Source: a candidate division WOR-1 bacterium RIFOXYB2_FULL_45_9
Lineage (GTDB): Bacteria; Margulisbacteria; WOR-1; O2-12-FULL-45-9; XYB2-FULL-48-7
Reading direction: 5' to 3'
DNA: 64,000 nt
Assembly (NCBI GenBank): GCA_001771575.1
Contig: MEUD01000001.1
Span: 768,815-832,814 of the forward strand
The translations under genes and the position numbers were made by a program. Within the stretch, counting starts at the first letter, position 1. Each line of letters begins with the position of its first letter. The notes under the pieces were generated by a model, which saw only the letters and a list, made by a program, of their open reading frames with translations, had not been told where the DNA came from and ran no database searches. Below, piece by piece: positions 27,337 to 38,200 of this stretch.

Positions 27337-27923
27337 TGGACCCGGTTCTCCACTTTATTGAGCAGAGCCATAAGAAAACCGATCGTAATAAAGGCTCCCG
27401 GCGGCAAGATCATGACGGTAGCGGCGGCCAGCTGGTTGAATAATGGGTAGCCAAAAAGAGAACCGGCCCCCAGGATTTCTCTGACTGAACCGATCGAGAG
27501 CAAAGCCATGGTAAACCCAAGGCTCATTCCGATCCCGTCAAAAACTGAATTTAGGACCGGGTTCTTGTAAGCAAACGCTTCCGCCCGGCCCAGGATAATG
27601 CAATTAACCACGATCAATGGGATGAAAACACCCAGCGACTTGTGAAGTTCCGGCGTGTATGCCTGCATCACATAATCAATGATCGTCACAAAAGTCGAGA
27701 TGATAATGATAAAGATCGGGATCCTGATCTGGTCAGGGACAAATTTGCGAATCGCCGCCACTACCAGATTGGAAAATATCAAAACGAAAGAGGTCGCCGC
27801 TCCCATCCCGATGGCGTTGATCGCGCTGGTTGAAACCGCCAGCGCGGGACAAAGCCCGATCATCAACCGAAGTACCGGGTTTTCACCGACCAGCCCGCGG
27901 TTTAGTTCGGTTAAAAGTTTCAT
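27333..27923 (-). CDS. rnfE: Rnf complex subunit E
   Basis: 196 aa. NPVLRLMIGLCPALAVS and GVFIPLIVVNCIILGRAEAFA motifs. Confidence 0.95.
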   Translation of the reverse strand: MKLLTELNRGLVGENPVLRLMIGLCPALAVSTSAINAIGMGAATSFVLIFSNLVVAAIRKFVPDQIRIPIFIIIISTFVTIIDYVMQAYTPELHKSLGVFIPLIVVNCIILGRAEAFAYKNPVLNSVFDGIGMSLGFTMALLSIGSVREILGAGSLFGYPLFNQLAAATVMILPPGAFITIGFLMALLNKVENRVQ

Positions 27924-28429
27924 GGTTTTACCTTTCCAAATAGTTCAAGGGCCTGACGGACACCTTTGCAAACCCCGTTGCTCGAAATAGTCGCTCCGGT
28001 AACCGCGTCAATATCTTCTTTGGCCTTAATTTTATCGCCGACTGATTTACCGGAAAATTGCTTTAAAAACTTTGGGTTCAATATGTTTGTTCCCAATCCG
28101 GGGGTCTCTTTATTGCTTATGATCTTGACCGCGATGACCTTGCCCCCCTTATCTAAACTAACCATCATTTCGATCGCGCCGCCATAACCCGCGGGATTGA
28201 CGGGAAAAACATAGCCGACCGTCTCTTTGCCTTTTCTAGCCAGATAACATCCCTGGGACCCGGGAGTAAAAGAATCGGCGGAAATGACTTCGCCCATCGA
28301 GCGTTTAAACGATAAAGCGGAATTCGCCGCGATCATCGGCCTGGTCAGGTTATAAACATAAGCAAGGGCTCCGGCGGAGATCAGGCAAAAGATGGTCAGG
28401 ACCGCCGCCAATTTAAGATTTTTTAGCAT
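27920..28429 (-). CDS. rnfG: Rnf complex subunit G (FMN-binding)
   Basis: 169 aa. N-terminal TM helix, ETPGLG and VDAVTGATISS (covalent FMN site). Confidence 0.9.
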   Translation of the reverse strand: MLKNLKLAAVLTIFCLISAGALAYVYNLTRPMIAANSALSFKRSMGEVISADSFTPGSQGCYLARKGKETVGYVFPVNPAGYGGAIEMMVSLDKGGKVIAVKIISNKETPGLGTNILNPKFLKQFSGKSVGDKIKAKEDIDAVTGATISSNGVCKGVRQALELFGKVKP

Positions 28430-29348
28430 TTTTTTCTCCGTATATCCGAGGCCGGCTGTATTTGTCGATCACCGGAGTCATAATGTTCATTAGTAAAATG
28501 GAGTAATTAACCCCTTCCGGAAAACCGCCAAAAAAGCGGATCAAGACCGTGATCAAGCCGCAGCCAAACCCAAAGATCAGCCGCCCTTTGGTCGTGACCG
28601 GGACGGTCACGTAATCAGTCACCATAAAGACCGCGCCAAAAATCACCCCGCCGGTCAGCAAATGAAAAAGTGGATCGTGCCCCAAAGTGAACGACAACAA
28701 AAAAACCGTGCCGATGAAGGCTACCGGAGCGGGCCAGTCGATCACTTTTTTCCAAACCAGGAAGGCGGCCGCCAGCAAGATCATCAGGATGGAGGTCTCG
28801 CCAAGAGAGCCGGCCCGATTTCCCAAAAAGAGATCAAGATAGCCGGGAACATTTTCGCCGATCCTGGCCAGATAAAGGGGGCTGGCGGTCGTCACCGAGT
28901 CGAACGGCCTGGTCCAAAGGGTCATGGCGACCGGCCAGGAAGCCATCAGAAAAGCCCTCCCTGCCAGAGCGGGATTAAAGATGTTAAAACCGAGCCCGCC
29001 AAAGAGGCATTTGACGACGACCACGGAAAAGACCGCCCCGACAGCCGCCATCCAGAGGGGAAAGGTCGGCGGCAGGACCAGGGCAAGTAAAACCCCGGTG
29101 ATCAAAGCGCTACCGTCGTCGATCGTCACTTTTTGTTTGGCCAGCCGCTGGAAAGCGGCTTCGGCGGCGACCGCCGAGACGGCGGTCACGGCCACCAAAA
29201 GAAGGGCCTGGAAACCAAAAAAGAACGTCCCCGCGGCGACCGGAAAGATCAGCGAGACGGCAAACCAGCGCATCAGGCTTTTCGCGTCGGCCGCGTCGCG
29301 CAGGTGCGGCCCGTTCTGGATGATTAAATTGTTTTCGTTTATCGGCAT
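28413..29348 (-). CDS. rnfD: Rnf complex subunit D
   Basis: 311 aa, polytopic. FNPALAGRAFL and ...VTTASPL motifs. Confidence 0.95.
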   Translation of the reverse strand: MPINENNLIIQNGPHLRDAADAKSLMRWFAVSLIFPVAAGTFFFGFQALLLVAVTAVSAVAAEAAFQRLAKQKVTIDDGSALITGVLLALVLPPTFPLWMAAVGAVFSVVVVKCLFGGLGFNIFNPALAGRAFLMASWPVAMTLWTRPFDSVTTASPLYLARIGENVPGYLDLFLGNRAGSLGETSILMILLAAAFLVWKKVIDWPAPVAFIGTVFLLSFTLGHDPLFHLLTGGVIFGAVFMVTDYVTVPVTTKGRLIFGFGCGLITVLIRFFGGFPEGVNYSILLMNIMTPVIDKYSRPRIYGEKNAKKS

Positions 29349-30676
29349 ACCGCTTTTTTCTCCGCTAGTTTTAATTCCCGGACGGCATTTTTGGCCAGTT
29401 TAAAATATTGGACCAGTGGGATCCGGCTCGGACAAACAAAGCCGCAACAGCCGCACTCAATGCAGTCGATCACATTGTAATCATAAGCCCCTTGCCAGTT
29501 GCCGGTCTTGGCGTATTCCGCTAAAAAGTTCGGGGTCAGACCGATCGGACAGGACCTGACGCACCGGCCGCAGCGGATACAATTCCCTTCGGGTTCAACC
29601 TTAACTTCCTGATCGGTCAGGAGCAAAATGGCGCTGGTCGCTTTGACGACCGGGACTTGAGCGGTCGGCACCGCGATCCCCATCATCGGCCCCCCCATGA
29701 TCAATTTGACCACGTTCCCCACGGTTCCGCCGCACTGTTCGATCAGTTCGGCAAAGGGGGTCCCGATCTTAACCAATAAATTCTGCGGCTCCTTGATCCC
29801 CGGCCCGGTCACCGTCACTACCCGTTTGGTCAACGGAAGCCCATGGGTCACCGCTTCGGCCGCTGCGGCGGCGGTCGCCACGTTGCAAACCACCGCTCCG
29901 ACATCGGACGGAAGTCCGCCGGAGGGGACCTCACGATCAAGCAGGGCTTTAATCAGCATCTTTTCCCCACCCTGGGGATATTTGGTTTTGACTTGAACGA
30001 CCGAAACACCCCCTCTGACCTTGAGACCTTCAAAATTGACCGCTTTATAAGCATCAAGCTTGTTGCTTTCGATCCCGACCACGATCTTTTCGGCGCCAAC
30101 CGCTTTGGCCAGCGCCCGCGCTCCCAAAATTATCGCGGCCGCTTTTTCCACCATCACCCGGTGGTCGGAGGTGATGAACGGTTCGCACTCACAGCCATTG
30201 ACCACGACCGTGTCGACGGTTTTTCCCTTGGGGACTGCCAGCTTAACATGAGTTGGAAAGGCGGCGCCCCCCAAGCCGACCAGCCCCGCTTCTCTGATAA
30301 TTTTTCTGATCTGCTCCGGAGCAAGCTCTTCCAGTGTCCAGCGGCTCCCGGGACGGGTCACTTTGTCGACCGCGTCGGTCGCCTCAATAACAATGGAAGG
30401 GATGTCGTAATCGCAGGCATTGGGATAATATTTGATCTCGGTCACTCGTCCGGAGATGGGGGCATGGATCGGGGCGGAGACAAACGCGGCTGAATCGGCG
30501 ATCTTTTCCCCTTCGCTCACCTCATCCCCGACTTTGACCAGCGGTTCACACGGACAGCCTAAATTTTGCTGGAGGGGCAAGATAACCTTGCGGGGAGAGA
30601 GGGCTTCCTTGATTGGTTTGGCGGCTGATCGTTCCTTACTGTCTTGGGGATGGATCCCGCGGCTGAAAGATTTCAT
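29339..30676 (-). CDS. rnfC: Rnf complex subunit C
   Basis: 445 aa. GLVGLGGAAFPTHVK NADH/FMN site and two C-terminal CxxCxxCxxxCP motifs. Confidence 0.95.
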   Translation of the reverse strand: MKSFSRGIHPQDSKERSAAKPIKEALSPRKVILPLQQNLGCPCEPLVKVGDEVSEGEKIADSAAFVSAPIHAPISGRVTEIKYYPNACDYDIPSIVIEATDAVDKVTRPGSRWTLEELAPEQIRKIIREAGLVGLGGAAFPTHVKLAVPKGKTVDTVVVNGCECEPFITSDHRVMVEKAAAIILGARALAKAVGAEKIVVGIESNKLDAYKAVNFEGLKVRGGVSVVQVKTKYPQGGEKMLIKALLDREVPSGGLPSDVGAVVCNVATAAAAAEAVTHGLPLTKRVVTVTGPGIKEPQNLLVKIGTPFAELIEQCGGTVGNVVKLIMGGPMMGIAVPTAQVPVVKATSAILLLTDQEVKVEPEGNCIRCGRCVRSCPIGLTPNFLAEYAKTGNWQGAYDYNVIDCIECGCCGFVCPSRIPLVQYFKLAKNAVRELKLAEKKAVCR

Positions 30677-30701
30677 TTCAGCTATATTATCATTTTATTT
30701 T

Positions 30702-31349
30702 TTAACTTGTCAATTTCCGCGCCAGCCAAGAGATTAAGGGGTCGACCCCGCTATTTGTTTTGCAGGACAAGGGAAAGAGCGGGGCCCGCTCGTTCAATAC
30801 CCTGACCCGGGAGGTAAAGGTCTCCAGGTCAAAATCGACCTGGCCCAGGAGATCGTTCTTGTTTATGACGATCGCGTCGGCGCTCTGAAAGACGGCCGGG
30901 TATTTTACCGGCTTGTCATCACCTTCAGGAACGCTCGCCACTACCAGCCGCAGGCTCTCTCCCAGGTCATACTCGACCGGACAAATTAAATTGCCGATGT
31001 TTTCAATAAAAACGATCCCGGGACCGGTTAGCGCCAATCGGTCTAAAGCTTGACCGATCATCGCGGCGGTCAGGTGGCACCCGCCATCGGTATTGATCTG
31101 GACCGCGGGAAAGCCGGCCGCTTTGATCTTTTCGGTATCGATCGACGAGGCGACATCCCCTTCGATCACGCCAACCTTCAGTTTTGGGGAAAGGGCATTT
31201 AGCAGTCGGAGGAGGAGACTGGTCTTTCCCGCACCCGGAGAAGCGAGCAGATTGACCGCGGCCAGCTCCAGCCCGGCCAGTTTTTTTCTGACCGCCGCCG
31301 CTGTTTGATCATTGGTCGCGAAGATCGATTTTTTTATTTGAATTTTCAT
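30702..31349 (-). CDS. hypB: hydrogenase/Ni-enzyme nickel-insertion GTPase HypB
   Basis: 215 aa. LASPGAGKTSLL P-loop, ENIGNLICP, NKNDL. Starts with no spacer after the upstream stop. Confidence 0.9.
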   Translation of the reverse strand: MKIQIKKSIFATNDQTAAAVRKKLAGLELAAVNLLASPGAGKTSLLLRLLNALSPKLKVGVIEGDVASSIDTEKIKAAGFPAVQINTDGGCHLTAAMIGQALDRLALTGPGIVFIENIGNLICPVEYDLGESLRLVVASVPEGDDKPVKYPAVFQSADAIVINKNDLLGQVDFDLETFTSRVRVLNERAPLFPLSCKTNSGVDPLISWLARKLTS

Positions 31350-32285
31350 TTACCAAATACCACCAAAGGATATCCTATGGACATTGGACCTTGATAATTC
31401 CTGGGAAACATAGCCGTAATCAACGATCACGTGACCGACCACGAAACCGACCCCAGCGGTCAGACCGCTGGCATTATACCCGGCCCTAAATGATAGTCCG
31501 CGATCGGACCACTCAAAGCCGGTCGCAACCTCCGGAGAATAATTTGATTTAACAGTTTGGCTGACATCAACCGCCACCCGGCTTTCGGACCAAGGAAACC
31601 AGCTCAAGCCCAGCCGCGCCTTGGGCGGAACGTTTTCGACTGTCCCGGTCCCCCACTGCTGGGTATTGACCAGCTCGTCGATCTTAAAACCAAGGGTAAC
31701 AGGGTACGGTAGACGGGACACGGAAGAGGAATTGCCAAATCTAATCATTATCCCAGGGGTTAAAGAGTAGCCCCAGCCGCTCCCCCCACTGATCCCAAAC
31801 ATCTCGGAGCTTAGATATTTCGCCGTCAGACCAAAGGCAATATGGTCGTTAAGCTTTTTTCCGAAAGAAATGAGATAAGCGTTAGAAAAGTAACTAAACA
31901 GGCTGATATCCTGAACTTCGTTGTGAATATCAACCTCGCTAGATGTTTGGGCTATATTCCCCAGCCCAACCTGAATCCAGGAAAGACCGATTGTCCCACC
32001 CAGAGCCGGAGTCACATAACTAAGATAGTAATGATCGGCGTCGGTCGAGAGCCTGGTTTGACTGCAGGTGATCTCCTGGCTGGTAATAAACCCAAGACCG
32101 GCCGGGTTCCAGTAAGGAGCGTCGGCGTTATCGGCAATGGCGGTAAAGGCTCCTCCCATTGCCAGCGGACGAGCTCCGACGCCAGCATTGAGGACGGCGA
32201 TGTCGGTACCGGATTGGCCAAGGGCGAGAACAGCTGTAAGCGATAAGCCGTAAGCAATGAGCAAGAGAAATACAACTTTCTTCAT
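31350..32285 (-). CDS. PorV/PorQ-like (FadL-fold) outer-membrane beta-barrel
   Basis: 311 aa. Signal peptide. N-terminal GARPLAMGGAFTAIADNADAPYWNPAGLG matches the PorV/UPF0164 signature (aMGGAf.A.aDDa.a.ywNPAGL). Alternating strands, C-terminal ISFGGIW. Confidence 0.65.
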   Translation of the reverse strand: MKKVVFLLLIAYGLSLTAVLALGQSGTDIAVLNAGVGARPLAMGGAFTAIADNADAPYWNPAGLGFITSQEITCSQTRLSTDADHYYLSYVTPALGGTIGLSWIQVGLGNIAQTSSEVDIHNEVQDISLFSYFSNAYLISFGKKLNDHIAFGLTAKYLSSEMFGISGGSGWGYSLTPGIMIRFGNSSSVSRLPYPVTLGFKIDELVNTQQWGTGTVENVPPKARLGLSWFPWSESRVAVDVSQTVKSNYSPEVATGFEWSDRGLSFRAGYNASGLTAGVGFVVGHVIVDYGYVSQELSRSNVHRISFGGIW

Positions 32286-35200
32286 TTGAGCACCGCAATT
32301 TTGCCGCGTCCTCTGACGGTCCTATCCCCTATCCGCGCCGTGACCTCGAAGGGGTAAATTCCATTAACCACCAGATCGCCTCGACCATTCCGCCCATCCC
32401 AGGAAACATCGTTATACTTTTGCCAAACACTGGTTCCTTCGCCGTTGGTCGTCCCGTCAAGCTCGGTAACCAATGAACCAGTTAGGTCATAAATCCTGAT
32501 CTTGACCTCATCGGCGTCAGACGAGAGCCGGTAGCGGATCTTGGTCTCTTCCCGGTTCGGGTTGAAGGGGTTTGGATAATTGGTCACTCCGACCAGGGTC
32601 AGTTCCGGCTGAACCCGGAAGCTCCAGCTCTCCGAAGTTGCCGCATTGGTCGGAAAAAGAGCGGTCACTCTCCAAAAGTAGTCAGTGTTCCGCTCCAGCC
32701 CCGGGTCAAATTCGTGGATCGCGTAGTTGTAGTAATAGAGTTCGCTATCTGCTTTATCCTGGGTCCCAGTCCCGGCCGCTTTACTGAAAGTCTGGTGGTC
32801 AATCGTAAAGCTATCGTTCTTGGCGACCTCAATCCGGTACTCGGTCGTCTCCGCCTTGTGATGCTGCCATTCAAAGACCGGTCGGATATTCTGTACGTTT
32901 TGCTGATCCCTGGCCGGGGCTATAAGGGAAGGAGATTCGAGGGTAGCGGCGGCCATTATTCCTTTCGTAATCGCGCTTGCTCCTAATTTTGTTCCGGTAA
33001 TGGGGGCAAAATTTATCGGGATCTTCTGGAAAAACAACTCGTCAAATTGCCCAATATTTATTATCCAAGCAATATATGAACTATTATTATTTTCAGCACA
33101 AATAGCCACATCAGTCGCGTTTCCCCCGTTAAACACTTTTACCGGACCATAAATATCATTACCAACTATTCGCTTATAATATATATTGCCATTTGAAATC
33201 GAAACAATATGTCGATAATTGTCAATTGAATAATTAGCGCTCTTTGGAACGATCCCTGATCGAGGATTAACAGCCGCTGAAACAATCTTTGCCTGATATT
33301 CCTTCCCACATCCCTTTTCATAATAAGGGTTATTGTCAGGCCCATCATGCCATTGCAAGGTCATATAATCCTGGGTACTGATATCAAAGCCGGTTATCTC
33401 AACTAGGACATTGCTGTGTTGTAATAATCGCTGATCATCCAGCAAGTTAATATCAATATTCCTTGTTATTGCATTATTTCCAATATTATCAACGGCACCA
33501 ATCTCGATCGAATAGCTCCCCTCGTTCTCATAGTCGCCGCTGTTATTCGTCCCGTCCCACGACACATAATAACCGCCGCTTCCGTTGCTATTAACCGTCA
33601 AGTTTTTAACTATAGCGCTTCCGAATCTAACAACCGAGGAGATATTGCCGATCGCGAAACCGGAGCTTGGAGCGCCATCGCTCGCCGTAAAATCGACCCG
33701 AGCGCCGCTGTCAACATAAGGGTTAAAAGTAATTGCCAACGTTTGAATGATATTGATTACCGGCGGAATGTTATCGATCTTTATCGTTATTTTTGTTTCC
33801 GCGTAGTTGCCAACTTCGTCGGTCGCGGAAAGTCTTATGTCGTAATCACCATCAACACCGGCAGTGTTCCAGGAAGTTATTGTCCCGCTTATCGGATAAC
33901 TATCTTTTTTGATAACCGTCCAGGTATTTGACCCAAATGGCGCGTAGTCAACTTTATAAGCGCCAGGGTTAGTATCAGTCGCGCTGCCGGCAATAATGAT
34001 CGATCCTTTAATCCATTCATTCGCGGCCGGCGCTGAAATATTTACGGCCGGCGGCGTTTTGTCAACTAATATCCGATAATAAGTATCCTCTCCACCCAAT
34101 GGCTTATATGCACCATAGCCGGCTTTTCTGGAATCAAAGGAATTCCCGGCGGCGTCGGTCGCGGTATAGTAATAGTAGTAATAGCCATCATGTCCGGTCG
34201 GTTCCCACTCCTGATTGATAACCAGGTCACCGGTTTGCGGAGGAACTGCCGTCGCTCCAAAGGTCTTCACCAAACCGCCGCCGGCATTCACGATTTTGAT
34301 CTGCCAATTGTTTATCCCCGAAATCGCGTCCGCGCCGCCATTGAAATCGGCCATGACCCCAAGTAAAGTAGTTGTCGGATTATTGACCGTAACCGGCGGG
34401 GGTTGAACGACCGACTTAATAACAGGGGCGGCGGAATCCAACACAATCTGGTCGGCAAAAAGAGCGGTCGAATAATTCCCCGCCCTGTCCATTAGTCTCA
34501 CCCGCGCCGTCTTGGTCCCGTCTCCGGCCGAAAGCGTCCAACTTCTCCCCACCGCGTAAGCCTCCCAGGAGGACCAGTTGATACCATCAGGGCTGAAGCT
34601 CATCTGGTCGACCCCCGAGGTTGGATCGCTGGCGGAGACGAACACCTCAACGGTCAAAGAGCTGGTAAAATCAGGGTTACCCGCGTTGACGATCACGCTT
34701 CCATCAGGCGCTAAAGTATCAGCGACAACGCTGACCGTTTGAGCCGTTGAATTATTTCCAGCCTCATCGATCGCAATGATGTTAAAGTAATATTCTCCGT
34801 CGCCAAATCCGCTTCCATTTGCCGCGCCGACATAACCGGTCGCGCCGGAGCCGTCCCAGAGGGCGGAACAGCTTCCGCTCGTCCGCCAAACCTCTGAAGT
34901 CAGGCTCTTCACTAAATCGTTCCCTTTAAAAACCTCGACCGCGACTTTAGCCCGGCCGGAATTATCGCTCACTTCATAGGTACAAACAGTTGTTTTACCG
35001 GATGAGTTAGTTCCGCCGGGAGCAAAATAATATGGCGTTGCTAAAACATTTTTAACCTCGGGCAAGGAGTTGTCGACCGTCACCTCTCCGGTCAACGGAG
35101 GTAGGTGATTGCCGGCATAATCTTCAAGATCGATCGCGAGCCAATACTTCCCATTGGCGGCATAAGAACCGTTGTTATCCTTGCCATCCCAATCCTCCCA

Positions 35201-38200
35201 GGAGAGGGTCCCAGATTGGGCGACAGCGTCAGTCGTAATGGTCCGGACCAGGCTGGTCATGGCGCTATCGCCATAAACCTTAAGGGAATACTTGCCGACC
35301 GGCTTGGTGTCTATGGTCACCCCCATCGCCTCGATCCTCTCCGCCGCCGGAACCGTCGCCGGATTTAAAGAGAGATCGACCATAAAGTAGAATCGAGCCC
35401 GTTTTTGGAACTCTTGGCTGTTGCCGTTTGGCGAAATGACTTGTGGATCGGGATTATTTGTCACATCGGAAGCCTCAAACTGCTCCGGAGAGCGGAGAGT
35501 TAAAACATTGTTCTGGACCCAAACAGTTCCACCCCATTTTCGGAGAGTGGCGTTCCCCAGACTGTCTTCACCTTCGACAATAAAGGCGTATTTGCCGGGA
35601 TCAACATAATCACCGCCAGCCATTTTCCCGTCCCAATTAACCTGGTACTGCTGACCACCGCTCTGCCATTGGCCGGCTATCAGCGTTGTCACTAAATTTG
35701 TGAAATCGGTTTTTTGCTTATTGGGATCGAGCCGATAAACTTTAACCGAGACCAGGGTGTCTTCAGTCAACATGTAATACAGAGTGGTAGCGCGCGGACG
35801 GTCGCTCCCATCAGGGTTGGCATTGGTCGAGAAGCTCCCCGGGTTGGCGATCATCCCCTCTTCACTGGAAATAATGACCATCGGGTTGGTGACATCGACC
35901 GCAAAATCCTTGGTCAACGAAGTGATCGTTCCCAATCGGTCTTGAATGGTAATTTTGGCGTAATACTTGCCGGTCGGAAGAAGCGAGCCGCTCGACAAGC
36001 CCGCGGCAGGATAATTGGTCCGGCCGTCGTAAACATAGGAGTAGCTCCCGGAAGAGCGTTCCAGTCCGGTTTCAAAAAGTATTTCGCCGTTTGCCGAAAG
36101 GACCGACAAAAGGACGCTCGGTTCTCCTTCGACAACGTAAAACGGTGGATAGATGACTGAATAATTGATCGTCATAGTTTCATTATTATCGTCGCCATTG
36201 GGAGAAAAGGCGGCTGGATTCAAAGTGAAATCAGGGGTGATCTTTCCACCCGCCGCTTCGAGCCTGCCGCTCGCCTCGACTTTTACCCCATCCGCGTCGG
36301 TCGCCGTTATTTGGTAGTGGTATTCGCCGTCCGGGACATATGTTTCAGCCGACGAAAGGACAATTGATTTTCCATCCCAATAGAATGAATAGCTCCCCGA
36401 CGATTGTTCGTCATTTTCTGCCAGGCGTCGGATAGTGGTCCCAATGGCATTAACAACATCAACGTTAACAATGTAAGGCGGGGTTCCGCCGCTAAGTTGA
36501 TAGGCAATCCGGATGGTATCGGTATGACCGTCGCCGTTCGGGGTAAAGATCGCCGGATCGGCAAGATGGTCCAAGATCGTGGCGGCCGCGAAAGCGAATT
36601 TCTCGGAGGCGGTCGCTTCATTTGAGGATCGATCGACCGCCCTGACCGTCACCGTCCCTCTGTAGCCGACTGCTTCCTCATCGAAAATCAGCTTATATTC
36701 CCCGGCGGTTTTAGCTTCGCAGGTCATAAGCGGGGCGGCTTTGCCATCATCGCAGGTAAGGGTGACATCGACGGTCGAGTCTTCGGGGACCATGAAGGTG
36801 ACGGTCGCTTGTTTGCCGTCGATCTGGACCGGCCGGAGAATAACGGTCGGCGCGGTCCCGTCGACCCGGACAGTATTGCTTGCTTCCGCAGAAATTCCGT
36901 CCGAGCCAATAACAGCCAGTTTGATCAAATAAGAGCCGTCGCTGACTTTTTCCCCATCCCCTCCCCTGCCGGACCAGTAAACAGCATGTTCCCCTTTTCC
37001 CTGGGAGGCATCCTTTAGAAGAGTTGTGACGATTTGTTCACCGGTTATCGCCAAATTGACCTTAAGGTCGTCCCGGGAAAGATAGTATTTTATCGCGGCG
37101 CCGGACGCCGGAGAAAAAGGGTCCGGCTCGGCAAAAAGATATGAAATAAGAGTTGGCGCCCGGTCGACAACGATCGCTTTAATCTCGGAGGTAACGCTGT
37201 TGCCGACCCAGTCTTCGGCATAGATATAATATGAATAGTTTCCACCGAGAAGTTCATTGCTGTTCCCGCGGCCATCCCAGCTCCAGCTCCCGCTGGAGAA
37301 TGACAAATGACCAATGTCAAATGACAAATTGGGATATTGAAATTTCTCGGTCTGACTTTCAGCATTCTTGAAGAGCTCGCCGTCTTCGCGATAAATCCCA
37401 AGCTTGACCGCGGAGGGTTCGCTCAATTTATACCAAAAATCGGTCGTATCTTTTACCCCATCATCGTTGGGGGTGAACGGGTTTGGCGCGGCGTTCAAAC
37501 CCAAAACCTTTGGCGGAGTAAGGTCGATCACGGTCTTGACCATGACGTTCTCGGAAATATTCCCCGCCTCATCGATAGCGTAACCAACCACGGAGTATTC
37601 TCCGTCTATTAAATTTGCAGGATTTGGGACCTGGGAATAAAGGGCCCAAAGGCCGGTCGCGTCATCCCGGCGATACAGCTTAAACCCTTCATTTGACCAA
37701 TTGACCTTAAGCTCTTTTCCCGCCGGAAGCGGCGCGTCGATATTGATCAGGTCGCTTGATTCCTTAACTCCCAGGTAGATCTTTCCTTTTTCATTGATCG
37801 TCATGAGGAAATCGACACTATCGTATTTTCCATCGCCGTTAGGGGAAAAAGCGTAGAGATTTGGAACAATACCAACCGTTGGCGGGGCGGTATCCTTCAT
37901 GACCATGACATCGCCACAGGTTAAAACATCGGGATTCCCTTGGGGATGAGAAGTCACGTAAATGTAATTAGCTCCTTCCTGTAATAGGGGAACATTCTCA
38001 AAACGGAAATTGCCGTCCTCATCGGCCACCTCACCCTCATCCACCATCGCCTTCGGCGACGGTCCCCCTTCTCCCGCTGTGGCGGGAGAAGGCCGCACAA
38101 TCAGATTTAAGACCGAGCCTGGCTCTGCCGTGCCGTAAATAGTCACGCTGTTTTTATTGGTAACATAACGATCAGCCAGGACGATCGGCGCGGAAAGCTT

